Assembly (NCBI RefSeq): GCF_009914755.1
Contig: NC_060928.1
Origin: the human T2T-CHM13v2.0 reference genome, Homo sapiens
Strand: one strand, 5' to 3'
DNA length: 64,000 nt
Part shown: positions 29,101 to 41,544 of the stretch, piece by piece
Layout: the number at the start of each line of letters is the position of its first letter
Position numbering within the stretch: position 1 is the stretch's first letter
Program-made: the position numbers and the translations under genes
Notes under the pieces: model-generated
The model's database searches: none
Seen by the model: the letters and a program-made list of their open reading frames with translations, nothing else
What the model was told of the DNA's origin: nothing

Positions 29101-32100
29101 CTCAAATTCATTTTGTTCAGCTCTGATTTTGGTTATTTCTTTTATTATGCTAGCTTTGAGATTGGTCAGCTATTATATTTCTAGTTCCTCAAAGAGTGAT
29201 GTCAGGTTGTTAATTTGAGGTCTTTCTAACTTTTTCATGTGAGTGTTTAGCACTATAAACTTTCCTCTTAATGCTGCTTTAGCTGTGTTCCAGAGATTCT
29301 GCTATATTTTATCTTTGTTTTCATTAGTTTCAAATAATTTCTGATTTCAGCCTTGATTTCATTGTTTACCCAAAAGTTATTAAAGAGCAGATTGTTTAAT
29401 TTCCATGAAATTGTATGGTTTTGAGTGACCTTTTTCATATTGGTTTCTATTTTTATTGCACTGTGATAATGAGAGTGTGGTTGTTACAGTTTCAGTTTTT
29501 TAAAAAAATTGTTGAGAATTGCTTTATGGTCGAATGTATGCTTGGTTTTAGAGTATGTTCCATGTGCAGATGAAAAGAATGTATGTTCTGCTGTTGGGTG
29601 GAATGTTTTGTAGATGTCTGTTAGGTCCATTTGGTCAAATGTAGAGTTCAGGTCCCAAACATCTTTGTTAATTTCCTGCCTCAATGATCTGTCTAATACT
29701 GTAAGGAGGGTGTTGATATCTTTCACCATGATTATGTGGTTATGTAAGTCTCTCCATAGGTATTTAAGTATTTGTTTTATAAACCTGGATGCTCCACTGT
29801 TGGGTGCATATAAACTCTTCATGTTAAATTTAACCTTTTATCATTAGGTATTGCCCTTCTTTGTCCCTTTTGATCAACGTTGATTTTAAGTCTGTTTTGT
29901 CTAAATTAAGGATAGCAACCCCTGCCCTTTGTAGATCTTTCTCCATCCCTTTATTTTAAGCCTATGAGTGTCATTGCATGTGAAATGGGTCTCATAAAGA
30001 TAGCATACAGTTAAGTCTTGCTTCATTACCCAACATTCTAAACTGTGCCTTTTCAGTGGCATATTTAGCCTGTGCATGTTCAAAGTTAATATTGATATGT
30101 GTGGATTTAACGCTTTCATCATGTTGTTAACTGGTTGCTATGCACAGTTTATTGTGTAGTTGCTTTATAGTATCAATGGTCTATGTACTTCAGTGTGTTT
30201 TTGTAATGGCCAGTAGCAGTCTTTCATTTCCATGTTCAACATTCCCTTAAAGACCTCTGGTAAGGCAGGTCTTATGGTAATGAATTCCCTTAGTATTTGC
30301 TTATCTGAAAATAATTTTATTTCTCCTTCACTTATAAAGGTTAATTTGGCAGGATATGAAATTCTTGATTGGATTTTTTTTTCTTTAAGGATACCAAATA
30401 TAGGAGATAAATTACTTCTGGCTTGTAAGGTTTCTGCTGAAAGGTACTGTTAGTCTGATAGGGTTCCCCTTGCAGCTGACCTGCCTCTTCTCTTTTACCT
30501 TGGAGAATCTGATGACTATGTATCTTGGGGATTGTCATCTTATACAGTATCTCACAGGGGTTCTCTGAATTTCCTGAATTTGAATGTCAACCTCTCTAGT
30601 GAGGTTGTATAAATTTTTGTGAACAATATCCTCAAATATGTTTTCCAAGTTGCTTGCTGTCTATCTCTTTTACAGACTCCAATGAATCATAGGCTTGGTC
30701 TCTTTACATAAACCCATACTTCTCAGAGATTTTATTCTTTTATAAATTTTTTTCTTTATTTTTGTCTGAGTAAGTTTATTCAAACTCTCTTGGAGTTCTG
30801 AGATTCTTTTTTCAATTTTGTCTATTCTACTTTTAACACTTCCATAGGAATTATGAAATTATTGTAGTAAATATTTCAGCTCTATCAGATTAGTTTGGTT
30901 TGTTCCCAAAATCACTATTTTATCTTTCAGCTCCTTACTGGATTACTTAGATTCTTTGGATTGGATTTTCACTTTCTCCAGGATTTCAATGATCTTTATT
31001 GGCATCCAAGTTCTAAATTCTATGTCTGTTATTTCAGTCATTTCAGTCTGGTTAAGAACTATTGCTGGGGATCTAGTGCAGCGGTTTGCATGTAAAAAGA
31101 CACCCTGGCTTTTAGAGTTGCCAGAGTTCTTGTGCTGATTTTTTCTCTTCTGTGTGGGCTAATGTTACCTTCATCTTTGAAATTTCTGTCCTTTGGATGA
31201 GGTGTTTTGCTTTTATATTCTTTGATGCCCTTGAGGGTTTAACAATGGTCTAAGTTGGGCTTAGACAACTATCTTTATTTCTGAATGATTTCAAGGTACC
31301 AAGGCTTAGCTCAGCCCTCCTGGGCTTTTTGCTCTAACCTTGAGGGACTGGAAACAGGCCCATAGCTTTGTTATCTGGCCTCTCAAGGTTAAGCACCTGC
31401 TTCACTGGAAGGACCGAGGTTCTCCCGGGCTGCTGGCATCAGCACTCCCTTGGGTGGTGCAAGCAAAAGCACTTTGTCAGGATGGTGGCAGCAAGGTGTG
31501 TGCATGTGTGTGCACAAGCAAAATGGTGGGGGAGGCTGCAGGCTGGTGCACGCTGGTAAGGGCCCATCTGCAAAAGCTCTCTGATGATTAGGTGGGGTCT
31601 GCCAGTGAGAGAGCTATGTGGTGGCCACTGGAAAGTGCCCCGGTTGGGCATCTGAGCCTATACTGCAAGCTGGTGCTGTCAGGCAAGGACTCTGTGAGAG
31701 GCCTACAGACATGGGGGCACTCAGATGAGACAGGCAAGATAGCCCTGTTCTGCCCAGGTCTGACAGTCAACAAAGGCCATAGCCAACTAGTGAGGTATGG
31801 TGAGCCTTAGGGGATGGGCATCCCTGAACATGCTCCACTGCAGCTGTTCCCATGCTACATCCCCTGGGCTCTGCACAGCCTGAAGTCCTGTCCCTGTCAA
31901 CTCTCCAAATGTCTCTCTCTTCTAGCTCAAATGTCTGTGTTGGTTGAGGGGCCTCCTGCAGCTAGTATTCCAGAGGTCTGTAATGAGAGTGGGCCACTCC
32001 CTACCCATTTCGCTCATCCCTTCCTCATGAACCACTTAGAGCCAGGAACAATTCTTGGTTCTCAACAACCCTGTGCAGGGTTCCCGGCTTCCTCCCACTT

Positions 32101-32240
32101 CACCCAAGGATCTGTATCCTCCCTCCATCCACTCTCAGTGCCTTCCTCCTGCAGATCTACTCAGATCGTGCCCATCTTCTTGATGGTCTGGTCTCTCAGT
32201 GAGAGCTTTCCCTGGTTGTGGCTAGAAAGTCATCTTCAGA
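26161..32240 (-). mobile_element. Near full-length old L1PA (approx. L1PA13-16), ORFs disrupted, nested in an older L1M
   Basis: Minus-strand ORF fragments are ORF2p endonuclease (29484-30122), linker (28816-29037) and RT ([29 protein letters not shown], 28222-28479); ORF1 ~30200-31200; 5'UTR to ~32238; degenerate TSD AGAACTGTGAGTGGATTC (26143-26160) / AGAATGTGAGTCAATTC (32242-32258). Confidence 0.95.
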
Positions 32241-34224
32241 AAGAATGTGAGTCAATTCCTAACATGTGTTTTGTTTTCTTGGTCCGGTCTCCAGACATGT
32301 TTGGTAAAATTTTCTTATCTGCTAGACATTGCATGTGAAAAATGATAGCGATCTGGGTGACACTATCTTCCTTTAAAGATGACTTACTTACTGGTGCTTC
32401 TGGAGAACATTAAAGGCCAGAGTAACCCAAAATTAAAATGATTTCAAAATTGGGTTTTAATTTCTGTGAAAGTTAATTTATTTTGGTTTGTTCCTAACTC
32501 TGTAATTTAGCTATTCGGTGTCTCAATTGAAAGCTTAGGATGTTGACAAATGTCTGTTTTCCTCAGTGGATATTAAGCTGTAAGTTTTGTCTAACTCTTA
32601 CAAGACTTCTGAAAACTTAGTTCAGCTTCTCAGCTGCTTACTTTCTGCTCTCTGCTTGGATTCTTGGCTTTGACTTTGCTCTAATTTTCTGCTGAGGCAG
32701 AAAATGCCTCAGCAGGAAAATATGCCAAATGTGGAGTTCACTATTTTTTGTGTTCCTTCCATCTGGAATTTTCTCTATATATAAGTTCTGGCTGCTTTGT
32801 TAGTCCTGGACCCCAAATTTTATCCTTCCGTCCTCTTAAGAATGCTGGAAACTCTGCTTATATTCCTGGACCTTTAATGGCCCTTTTGTCCTCCTCTTCT
32901 CACTCGCTCAGAATAGATTCAATAACAAGCAAAAATCCTTAAGGAGGAAATTGCTGAAAAATGTTAGACTCACATCAATGCTTTCCCATTCTCTCCAAAA
33001 TTTTAGGTTCTTAAGTAATAATCTGTCTCGGTGGCACTCTAATTTCCATAAACTTAAAAAAAATTATCCAACTTTTCCAGTTATTCTTTTCAGGAAGGCT
33101 GCCCAGATTAAGATAATGAGTTATTGATGTAAATCCATTATTTCACTTCAGTATTTTAAATATAATCTTTAATAATGTAGTTATACTATATGTATATATA
33201 TGACTTGTATTTTATTACTTTTATTTGTACAAAGTTTATTTTTACTTTTATATTAAGAATGACTGATTTTGACAATAAGTTTCATTAGACATAAATGAAA
33301 AGGCAAATATAGAACCAGTAATTATTTTCTCCCTAAGTGTTTGATGTCACCAATAATGATGGCTTGTAACAAAAGTAACAAATATTTACTGCTTACTACA
33401 GGCCAGACAATGTCCAAGAGTTTTATATATGCTTTTATTGAATTTTCACAACATCATAAAGTATTCCAATTAAATATATGTCAATTAAATAAATGTAGAA
33501 ACTTTGGCTTAACTTGTCAAAGGTTTTATGCCAGTGCTGGGATTGATCAGGGAGCAGGTGTGAAGTAAACTTTGGGGGTAGGCACAGCAAATTAAAATAA
33601 TAAAATACAGCTTAAGGGTGTTTACCTTTTCTGGGAAGATGGTTAAAATCAAATGAACCTTAAATCCCACATGAATGAGTTTCTAACAGTGACATTTCAA
33701 GCCTTGATAAACAAAGAAAGACATTTGGGCAAGTCAACAAAAGCATTACTGAGTTTGTACCTTTTCCTTGGCACATGAAAGTCATTAAGGCACAAGAAGA
33801 ATTAAATCATAGCCTGGACTAAAGGAGGTCCTGGATTTGCTGCAAAGGGGATGCTCAGATCCTACCTCTTATCTCCTAATGGCCACACCTAGTTTGTGTG
33901 CACACAGCCTACGATGAATGGAGTTCCTCTGGGAAGCACAGTGGATCTTTGTTATGCTACCACCTAGCCTCATGGTTAATCTAACGTATTTCATCTGAAA
34001 AGAATTCTGTAAAGCAATGTTTGATGTAAACATTCCAAACTTATAAAACGATAGAGAAGAGACAATAATAATAGGGTGAATGGAAGTTAGAGGAAAATTT
34101 CAGTATTTGGTGGCTTCCAACACTAATATTTCTTCAGGTAGCGTCCTCTCGATTTCCCAAATTCTGCTCCTATTAACAAAGCATATATAATACTTTCCTT
34201 GTAAGTAGACTAGAACTAGAAAGC

Positions 34225-34422
34225 AGAAAACAAAACTGTCATTATTTGCAGATGTGATGATTGCCTAAGTAAAAAACCAGAGTTTCTAAAGACAAGTTCT
34301 TAGAACTAATAAGAAAGTTAAGGAAGATTGTGAATACAACATCAACACGCAAAAGTAATAGGATTCCTACAATCCAGTCACAGCTAATTAGCAAATGTAA
34401 TTTTTTAAAATGTAACATTAGC
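34225..34422 (+). mobile_element. Ancient L1M ORF2 fragment, left part (host of the ERV copy)
   Basis: TTATTTGCAGATG..ATGATTG (LFADDMI), CTAGAACTAATAA motifs; continues at 41545. Confidence 0.8.
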
Positions 34423-34591
34423 GGGGTTCCCTCAGTATGGGGGACCCTCTTCCTTCTGTCTTATCCCTTCCTTCTCGCCTATTAAACTCTCCACTCCTTA
34501 AAACTGCTCCACGTGTGTCCATGCCATTTTTTCTAATTCAACTCGAGACAAAGAACCTGGTGTTCCTCCACTCATGGAAGCCGTATCATTT

Positions 34592-34609
34592 TGGTGCATG
34601 GGCCAGGAA
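34592..34609 (+). promoter_or_regulatory. Primer binding site, tRNA-Gly(GCC) type
   Basis: TGGTGCATGGGCCAGGAA 3 nt after LTR end (..TATCA 34588); one mismatch to the complement of the tRNA-Gly 3' end (TGGTGCATGGGCCGGGAA). Confidence 0.8.
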
Positions 34610-34814
34610 AAGAAAATCAAAAATCAGACTGCCGAGTATGGAGCGGATTTCAACTTTAAATCTGTCCTTTAATCTCAAGGCTCTCTTCTAGCTACCCTGT
34701 CACCAAACTTTCTTTCTCTTTCTATCTGTGTTCTCTTACCCTCTCTCTGTTGTGTCTAATGTACAGTAATCTTTTTACAGTTCAGGGAAACTGGTCTGTT
34801 AGAAAAGATCGCGA

Positions 34815-35113
<299 letters not shown>

Positions 35114-35165
35114 AGAAAAGATCACGAATCGCGGCAGGCTGTAACTCAATAAATGTCTCTCTCTC

Positions 35166-35440
<275 letters not shown>

Positions 35441-36127
35441 AAATCTCTCTCTCTCTCTCCATTTTCTCTGGCGACCACATGGTATTTGTAAGCCACCTAG
35501 TAGAAATCAGGCTCTAGGCCTCTTCTGGGAATGAGAAGTTTCTGCTTTTAACAGGAGTAAGATGTCTTCTGTAGCCAAATTTTAGTCTCAATATTGTCCC
35601 ACTGGCAGGAAAACGGCCATTCAGTTCCTACTTTCCTTTAAGCCATCTATTCTGCTTCCTATTAAGACAGTACTTAATTAGTAAGAGGATTTTAAGTCCC
35701 GAAATTAGCTGGGACCATTTTTCTATGGGTAAACGCTTTAGCATGGGCTATAATAGCAGGATATAGTTTGATCTAGCATGCCCCTTCCTTTAAAGGGGTC
35801 TTGCCCAATTACATGCTTTTTCTTGAAATCCATTTTTTGGAAGGCACACAGGCCACACAAGTCTAGCAGGTCAAAGGGAAATAAAAGGCAGAGGACTGAT
35901 TGCTTAGGGGCAGCGTGACTAAGGCCCAAAACTCACTTCCTCTGGTGCCAAGGCTTGGAGGGTCACGCCTGCAGTCATGGGCAACACATTTAAGTGGGTG
36001 CCAGGAATACAGGAGCAATGGAGATAGAATAGTTGGGGGGACACCCTCTACTGTTTTCATCTCCATTCTGGATCACATAGAAAGGAAGGAGACTAAAAGT
36101 ACACTTTTATTCTCACTTCTTTTTTAG

Positions 36128-36665
36128 ATGGGTAACAACAGATCATCTCCAACATGCACTCCCCTGGAGTGTATTTTAAAGCACTGGGACTCCTTCGACC
36201 TGGAAACTTTGAAGAAAATATGGCTTATTTTCTTTTGCAACCATATCGGGCAGGCCCAGGGAAAATATTTCCCCAAAATTCAAAAAATAACTTTCAGGGA
36301 AATCATCTGAGGGTCCCTCTTATTTGGGACCCTTTCAAGTTCCCTTCTCATTACAGGACCTTAGGCAAATAAGGAGAAACTGAGGCCGATTTCCTGACGA
36401 CCCCGATAGGTATATAGAAGCTTTCCAAAATTTAACTCCGGTATTTGACCTCACATGGAGGGATGTTATGTTGCTGCTGAGTTAAACCCTCACTGCAGCT
36501 AAAACAGGCAGCTTTGCAAGCAGAAGAGAATTTTGGAGATGAGCAATTTGTCTCCCATAGCAGGCCAAAAGGGAAAAGAAAAAAAGAGATGGCAAAAAAA
36601 ATAAAATGGGGAAACACCATTCCCGATAGGAAAAGAGGCAATATCTCTTGAGAACCCTAACTGAA
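36128..36665 (+). pseudogene. gag: ERV gag remnant (matrix start + capsid N-terminus), HERV-W/HERV9-like
   Basis: [27 protein letters not shown]; then QVPFSLQDLRQI..GRFPDDPDRYIEAFQNLT.VFDLTWRDVMLLL with stops and deletions. Confidence 0.85.
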
Positions 36666-37199
36666 ACTCCTTTCTGTGGTGTTTTTTCTTCTTTTGTTGT
36701 TTAAAATGGCTTCTATCTCTCTTATAATGTTCTTCCAACCTGGGAAAAGTTAATTTTCCAAACCTCAAAATGCTTGGCATATAGTTGAGCTAGGGGGAAA
36801 GGAACCCAGAAGCCTGATATCCCGGCAAAAGGGTAAACATTTCTTACCAGTAGGGCTTTTGGCTTCTCTCTACCTGTGCAAACCATGGATAATAAGGATC
36901 ACTATGTTCTCTGTAAATGTATAATTAATGAAAAAGGATTTGTAAGGTTGGTCTTAAGTGTAGACAATCCTGTGTGCTTTGCATGTCTTTCTGTATGGTT
37001 CTGTCAAAGAAAGGGTATCTTAGATTAGGATGCATGCCCAGGACCCCATAAGCCTGCTGTTCAAGCCAGCCCAACAAAACTGTCAGTAACAAGCTTGGTT
37101 ACAGGCCTCCATCTTCTTTCATGTCCTTGGGAACATAATCTGTAACTGCATGGCAATACTTCGTTTTAGTCTCCGCCATTTTGCAATGGAGGCTGTCTT

Positions 37200-37582
37200 C
37201 TGGTGCTAAATCAGATAAACCAGTTTGTCAATCTGGGTGGTGCCAGCTGATCCATCAAGGGCAGGGTTTAGCAAATGTCTTAAGCAATGATCTTGAGAGC
37301 AATTTAGGGAGGGTCAAAATCTTGTAGCCTCTAGCTGCATGGGTCCTGGGCCATGATTTCTAATCCTGTGGCTAGTTTCTTTATCTGGTCCCCAGGCAAG
37401 ATGGGAAGCGGCTGTTATTATCTTTGTTTTAGACTATAGACTGTAAACCTGACTCCTCCCAAAGTTGGTTCAGCCTATGCCCAGGGATGGACGAGGACAG
37501 CTAGGGGGCTGGAAACAAAATGGAGTCATTTAGGTTGGATCTCTTTCACCGTCTCAGTCACAATTTTGCAATGACAGTTTCA
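37200..37582 (-). mobile_element. LTR8-like 5' portion, antisense, inside the ERV internal region
   Basis: Reverse complement starts TGAAACTGTCATTGCAAAATTGTGACTGAGACGGTGAAAGAGATCCAACCTAA.TGACTCCAT, as in the LTR8 start. Confidence 0.8.
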
Positions 37583-40449
37583 AAAGCTGCCTACCACCCC
37601 TTTAAAAATACCGTACTCCCACGGTTGAGCCATAACCTGATTAATGCTTGTTGGTTTCACCTGTGAGGTTACTTTTTAATCTAAAAAGCTGAAAATTCAA
37701 AGTAAAGTTCAAAAGCTGAAAATCTTAACTGCTTGGCATGGCTAAAGTCAAGTAACAAGGGATATAAAAGAATTTTCTTAAAGAGTGTTCAGTTTAATTA
37801 AAAGTGGATATTCAAGTTGTAGGTATCCGTAAAAGGCCTTTATGTTTTTCTCTTCTTGGATCTTGTTTTTCTGTAAAAAGTCTCTTTTCTTCTCAGTCGA
37901 CTGAATTATTTTTCTCCATTTTTTGTCTTACCACTCAATGCATACATGAAAGGCCCTAAGATAACTTCTGATAGCATGGGACTCCTTGGGAAAAACAGAG
38001 GAGGCATCACATACCCCATTTTGGGGAAAAAAAAGAAAACCTCTGTTTTCCTCATGAAACCCCAGGAATTAAAAGGAAATATTTCCCTCTCAAAATCAAA
38101 GGCTGTGTTCTGTTTTTCTTTGTGTTATTTGACAGTTTTGAGTTTTGGGGGTAACAAAAATTACTTTGAATTAATGGAGATCTTTGGTGTGTAATAACTA
38201 GGTAGAAAATACACTGTAAGGGATGGCTAAGAGTAGTTATAAATCAGAGAAGCATGCTTTTAGCCACCTGAAAAATAAGGAAACATACCTGCCCCACACC
38301 GGGAGATGAGACTCCCATCAGGGATGGGCTGATTACAAAATAAGCCAATGGCTTTGGGTTGCATTGCAATGAAAGGCATGGTAGAAGCACTACACCATCT
38401 TCTCCTGTAGTATCTAAATGGTCTTTTAATAAATTGAGCATTGAAATAAAAGCATAGCAAGGAGGTCTTAAGACACTAATCTGCCCTTTAGTAAAAGGGT
38501 TATAAAAGGTTTGTAGAGATTTCACCTCATGGTCAAGTTGGTTAGGATTAGATGGAATGATGTATAAAGGTTCATTTAAACAAATTAGGGTTAACATTAA
38601 CAAACTAAAGCAAGGGTAAACTGTGGCTTTGAACAGGATTTTCATGTCATAGTAAAGGCTAATGAAAGGTTTTTGCCTTTTGAGTCATCATTTTGACAAA
38701 GTAATTTATGGCAATCTAGGAATTCTCCTTCCTGATGCCTGGCTTTTTGGATGGTTCAGAGAGCTCCTGAAATATTCAGAGAAGAGGCAAATGGGATTAT
38801 TTGACATGTTTAGTCACATGAGATTGCCAAAATGATCTCCAATCTTCTTTAAATTATATTTTAGTAAATATTACATGTTCCAAAATTGTATGGGATTTCT
38901 AAAACTCTAATGTCTAAGTATATGCTGTCAATCATAATTAAGGGTAAAGTTATTCTAAACCATGAAGATAAATAAACTTCTTTGTCAGTCATGTTTGTAA
39001 CTGTAACTATCCTGGAAATTCTGGCATTGGCAGACAATTGTTGTCTGGCTCTGTTCCTTCTCAAAAGACAGTTTATAATAAAGCTATATTAAGGACTTTA
39101 ACAGGTGCTCTCAAATGCAAGCTTTTAATAGCTTTGAAGATTGTAACATTGGAGTAGAGAAAGAATGTACAAGACACGTAAAGAACTAACATGTTCACAA
39201 ATATAAAGCAAAATGAGTTAACTAAGTGGACTGTACTCAGAAAGTCAAAGGAAACTTTTTGACTTTTGCTTGGAATATTGCTGATCTTTGTTTTGTTTTT
39301 CAGAGTCAAGGAAACTGATATTGAACTATTTACAGCCTTTAATAATTGAGTAAGGTATACTCCTGTGAACAAAATTTAGAGCATGTTTATTTTTCTCTGC
39401 CTGGTTCCTCTAGAATTTGGAGACTATCTGTGAGTACTCTTAACTTATGGCAGTATATTTGTTTGCATCAGTCCAATAAGAATCCATTTTTCTTTGTCAA
39501 CAGGATGCAATTGGGAAAACTGGTTATTTTACCAAGGCTTTGACTGAAAGGGTGTTTTTCCCTTTAAGGAATCAAGCTTGACATGCAGAGCCAATAAAAG
39601 CCCCTTAGGGAGAACTGGGCTCATACATTGTTTACACAGTCCCCGCACAGGGTTCCTAACCTGTGATCAGTAAAGAATGTCACTTTCTAACAGGTCTGCA
39701 AGCTCCGAGTTTTATCTTGGGACCTCAAGAAGAGAGGATCACCCAACTCACAGGTATTTGAGGATACAAACCCATGGCTGGGTTCGGCTTTAAAAGGTCT
39801 TATCTGAGATTCCTTGTAGAACAGAGTTTCATCAAAGCCAACCCAAAAAACGCCTATGTAGAGATAACCATTCTTGCTGTACTTTATGCAAATAATCAGG
39901 CCAAGCATAAGACTAAAGTTTATTCATAATTTGTATTTACCAAAAGTAAGGACCGGAGAGAGAAACTGTGCTCCAAAGCTTATCATACATTTGTCATTAA
40001 ATCCTGATCTCCTGCAGCTTGGAAGAAACAAAAGGGATGAGTAACGTAAAAATCTGAATCAATATGCTAGTTCTGGCCAGTTATCCTGCAAATTCTGCCA
40101 GGTAATGAAAGTGAGTAGGATGCCCATAACCTGGAGATTTGTTTGGGAAAATAAAACCGAAGAACATCATAGACCCCCAAAGGGAAATTCTATACCTTGG
40201 CAAGTAAAATTTTAGATGGAAATTATCTACTACACCTCATTTGTGGAAATTGCTATACTCACTCTACTATTTGCAATAGGGTTATACACGGTAGCACCTT
40301 CTAACTGAAATATTGGACAGAGTTTCCATTGCTATTGTATTTTGCTTAATTATTATCCTTATAGCAGGGATAACAGTTTCTGACAAAAAAAGAAGCATGA
40401 AAGTTTTAATATCACTGAGCCTGCTAGGACTTTTTACTGGGTTTAGTGA

Positions 40450-40800
40450 TGCACTAAATGAAACATGCCACTTCTGAATTAACACCTCTACTAAAGTAGA
40501 GAAAAATCTACAGTTACTTAAAAATCAAATCAAAATTATTGACAGGCTCAGGGAAAATGCCAGCTTCAGCCCCGGGTGGCTACAATCCCTCTTTAATGAA
40601 TTCCAGTCTTCTTTATGGAATTGGTTAACTGCTTTATTAAGCCCTCTCTTGCTTATATGTCTTGTATTGATATTTGTACCCTGTATACTCAATACTATAA
40701 CTCGAATTGTTTCTCCTCACCTAGAAGCAATCAAACTCTAAATGATGCTGCAAACTGAGCCACACATGGACACGCCATTCTTCCAAGGACCCATAGACTG
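40450..40800 (+). pseudogene. env: ERV env TM C-terminal remnant
   Basis: Translates NETCHF*INTSTKVEKNLQLLKNQIKIIDRLREN..WNWLTALLSPLLLICLVLIFVPCILNTITRIVS..LEAIKL. Confidence 0.8.
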
Positions 40801-40924
40801 ACCCCAGGAGGAACCCTAGCTACTGTTCCCCATTTGATGCCCCCTTTCAGCAGGAAGTAGCCAGAAAGAGTTGTCATCCAAAACCACCTAATAGCGGTTA
40901 GTGTGACATCTCCACAGTGGGGAA

Positions 40925-41531
40925 TGTTGTAGGAGTTAAGAAATTATTTTAGGCAGATAGAGAAGAAAAGGTGTCCTTGGGAAGTTTTCATTTTTTAAAG
41001 CATCTCTGGAAAAGTTTCTTGTAAAGCCCCAGCTCTTAGATCCAGGCTGATAACCTTTGATATGCAAATGCTGGCCATTAGAAACTGGGTCCACCCAACA
41101 TGGCTGAGCTGGCAATCTTTAGTATGCAAATGCCAGCCTTTAGAAACTGGGTCTCCCCTAATACTGCAATTCTCTCAGCCTTCTTGCCCTTGCCCCACAT
41201 GTTTCTGGCAACATGGCCACCCACACATATCCCCACGTGTGCAGAACATCATGGTGTCCTGCATTTGCATATTAAAATGCTAGGGTAGGAGGGACAGCTT
41301 TTTCACGGCTACGTGAATGACATGCCTGGTCAAACCAATCCCCTGAGCCCTATGCAAATCAGACACCACCTCCTCCAGTCTCTGTGTATATACCTGGCTG
41401 ATAGCCGTGGAAGGTGGATTTCTCTGTTTCAGCTTTGGAGCCCCCCTCCCTCTGTCTCAGTACAGGGGAGCCTCTTCCTTCTGTCTTCTCCCTTCCTTCT
41501 TGCCTATTAAACTCTCTGCTCCTTAAAACTT
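40925..41531 (+). mobile_element. 3' LTR (U3-R only), LTR9/LTR9B-like
   Basis: Starts TGTTGTAGGAG after PPT AGTGGGGAA; CCAAT 41335, TATATA 41387, ATTAAA 41506-41511; R matches 34431-34505. Confidence 0.85.
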
Positions 41532-41544
41532 AAAAAAAAAAAAA

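Noticed and set aside
31814-32338. Longest ORF in the track (174 aa)
   Set aside because: Lies antisense in the 5'UTR of an old L1; no recognisable domain; likely a chance ORF in GC-richer DNA
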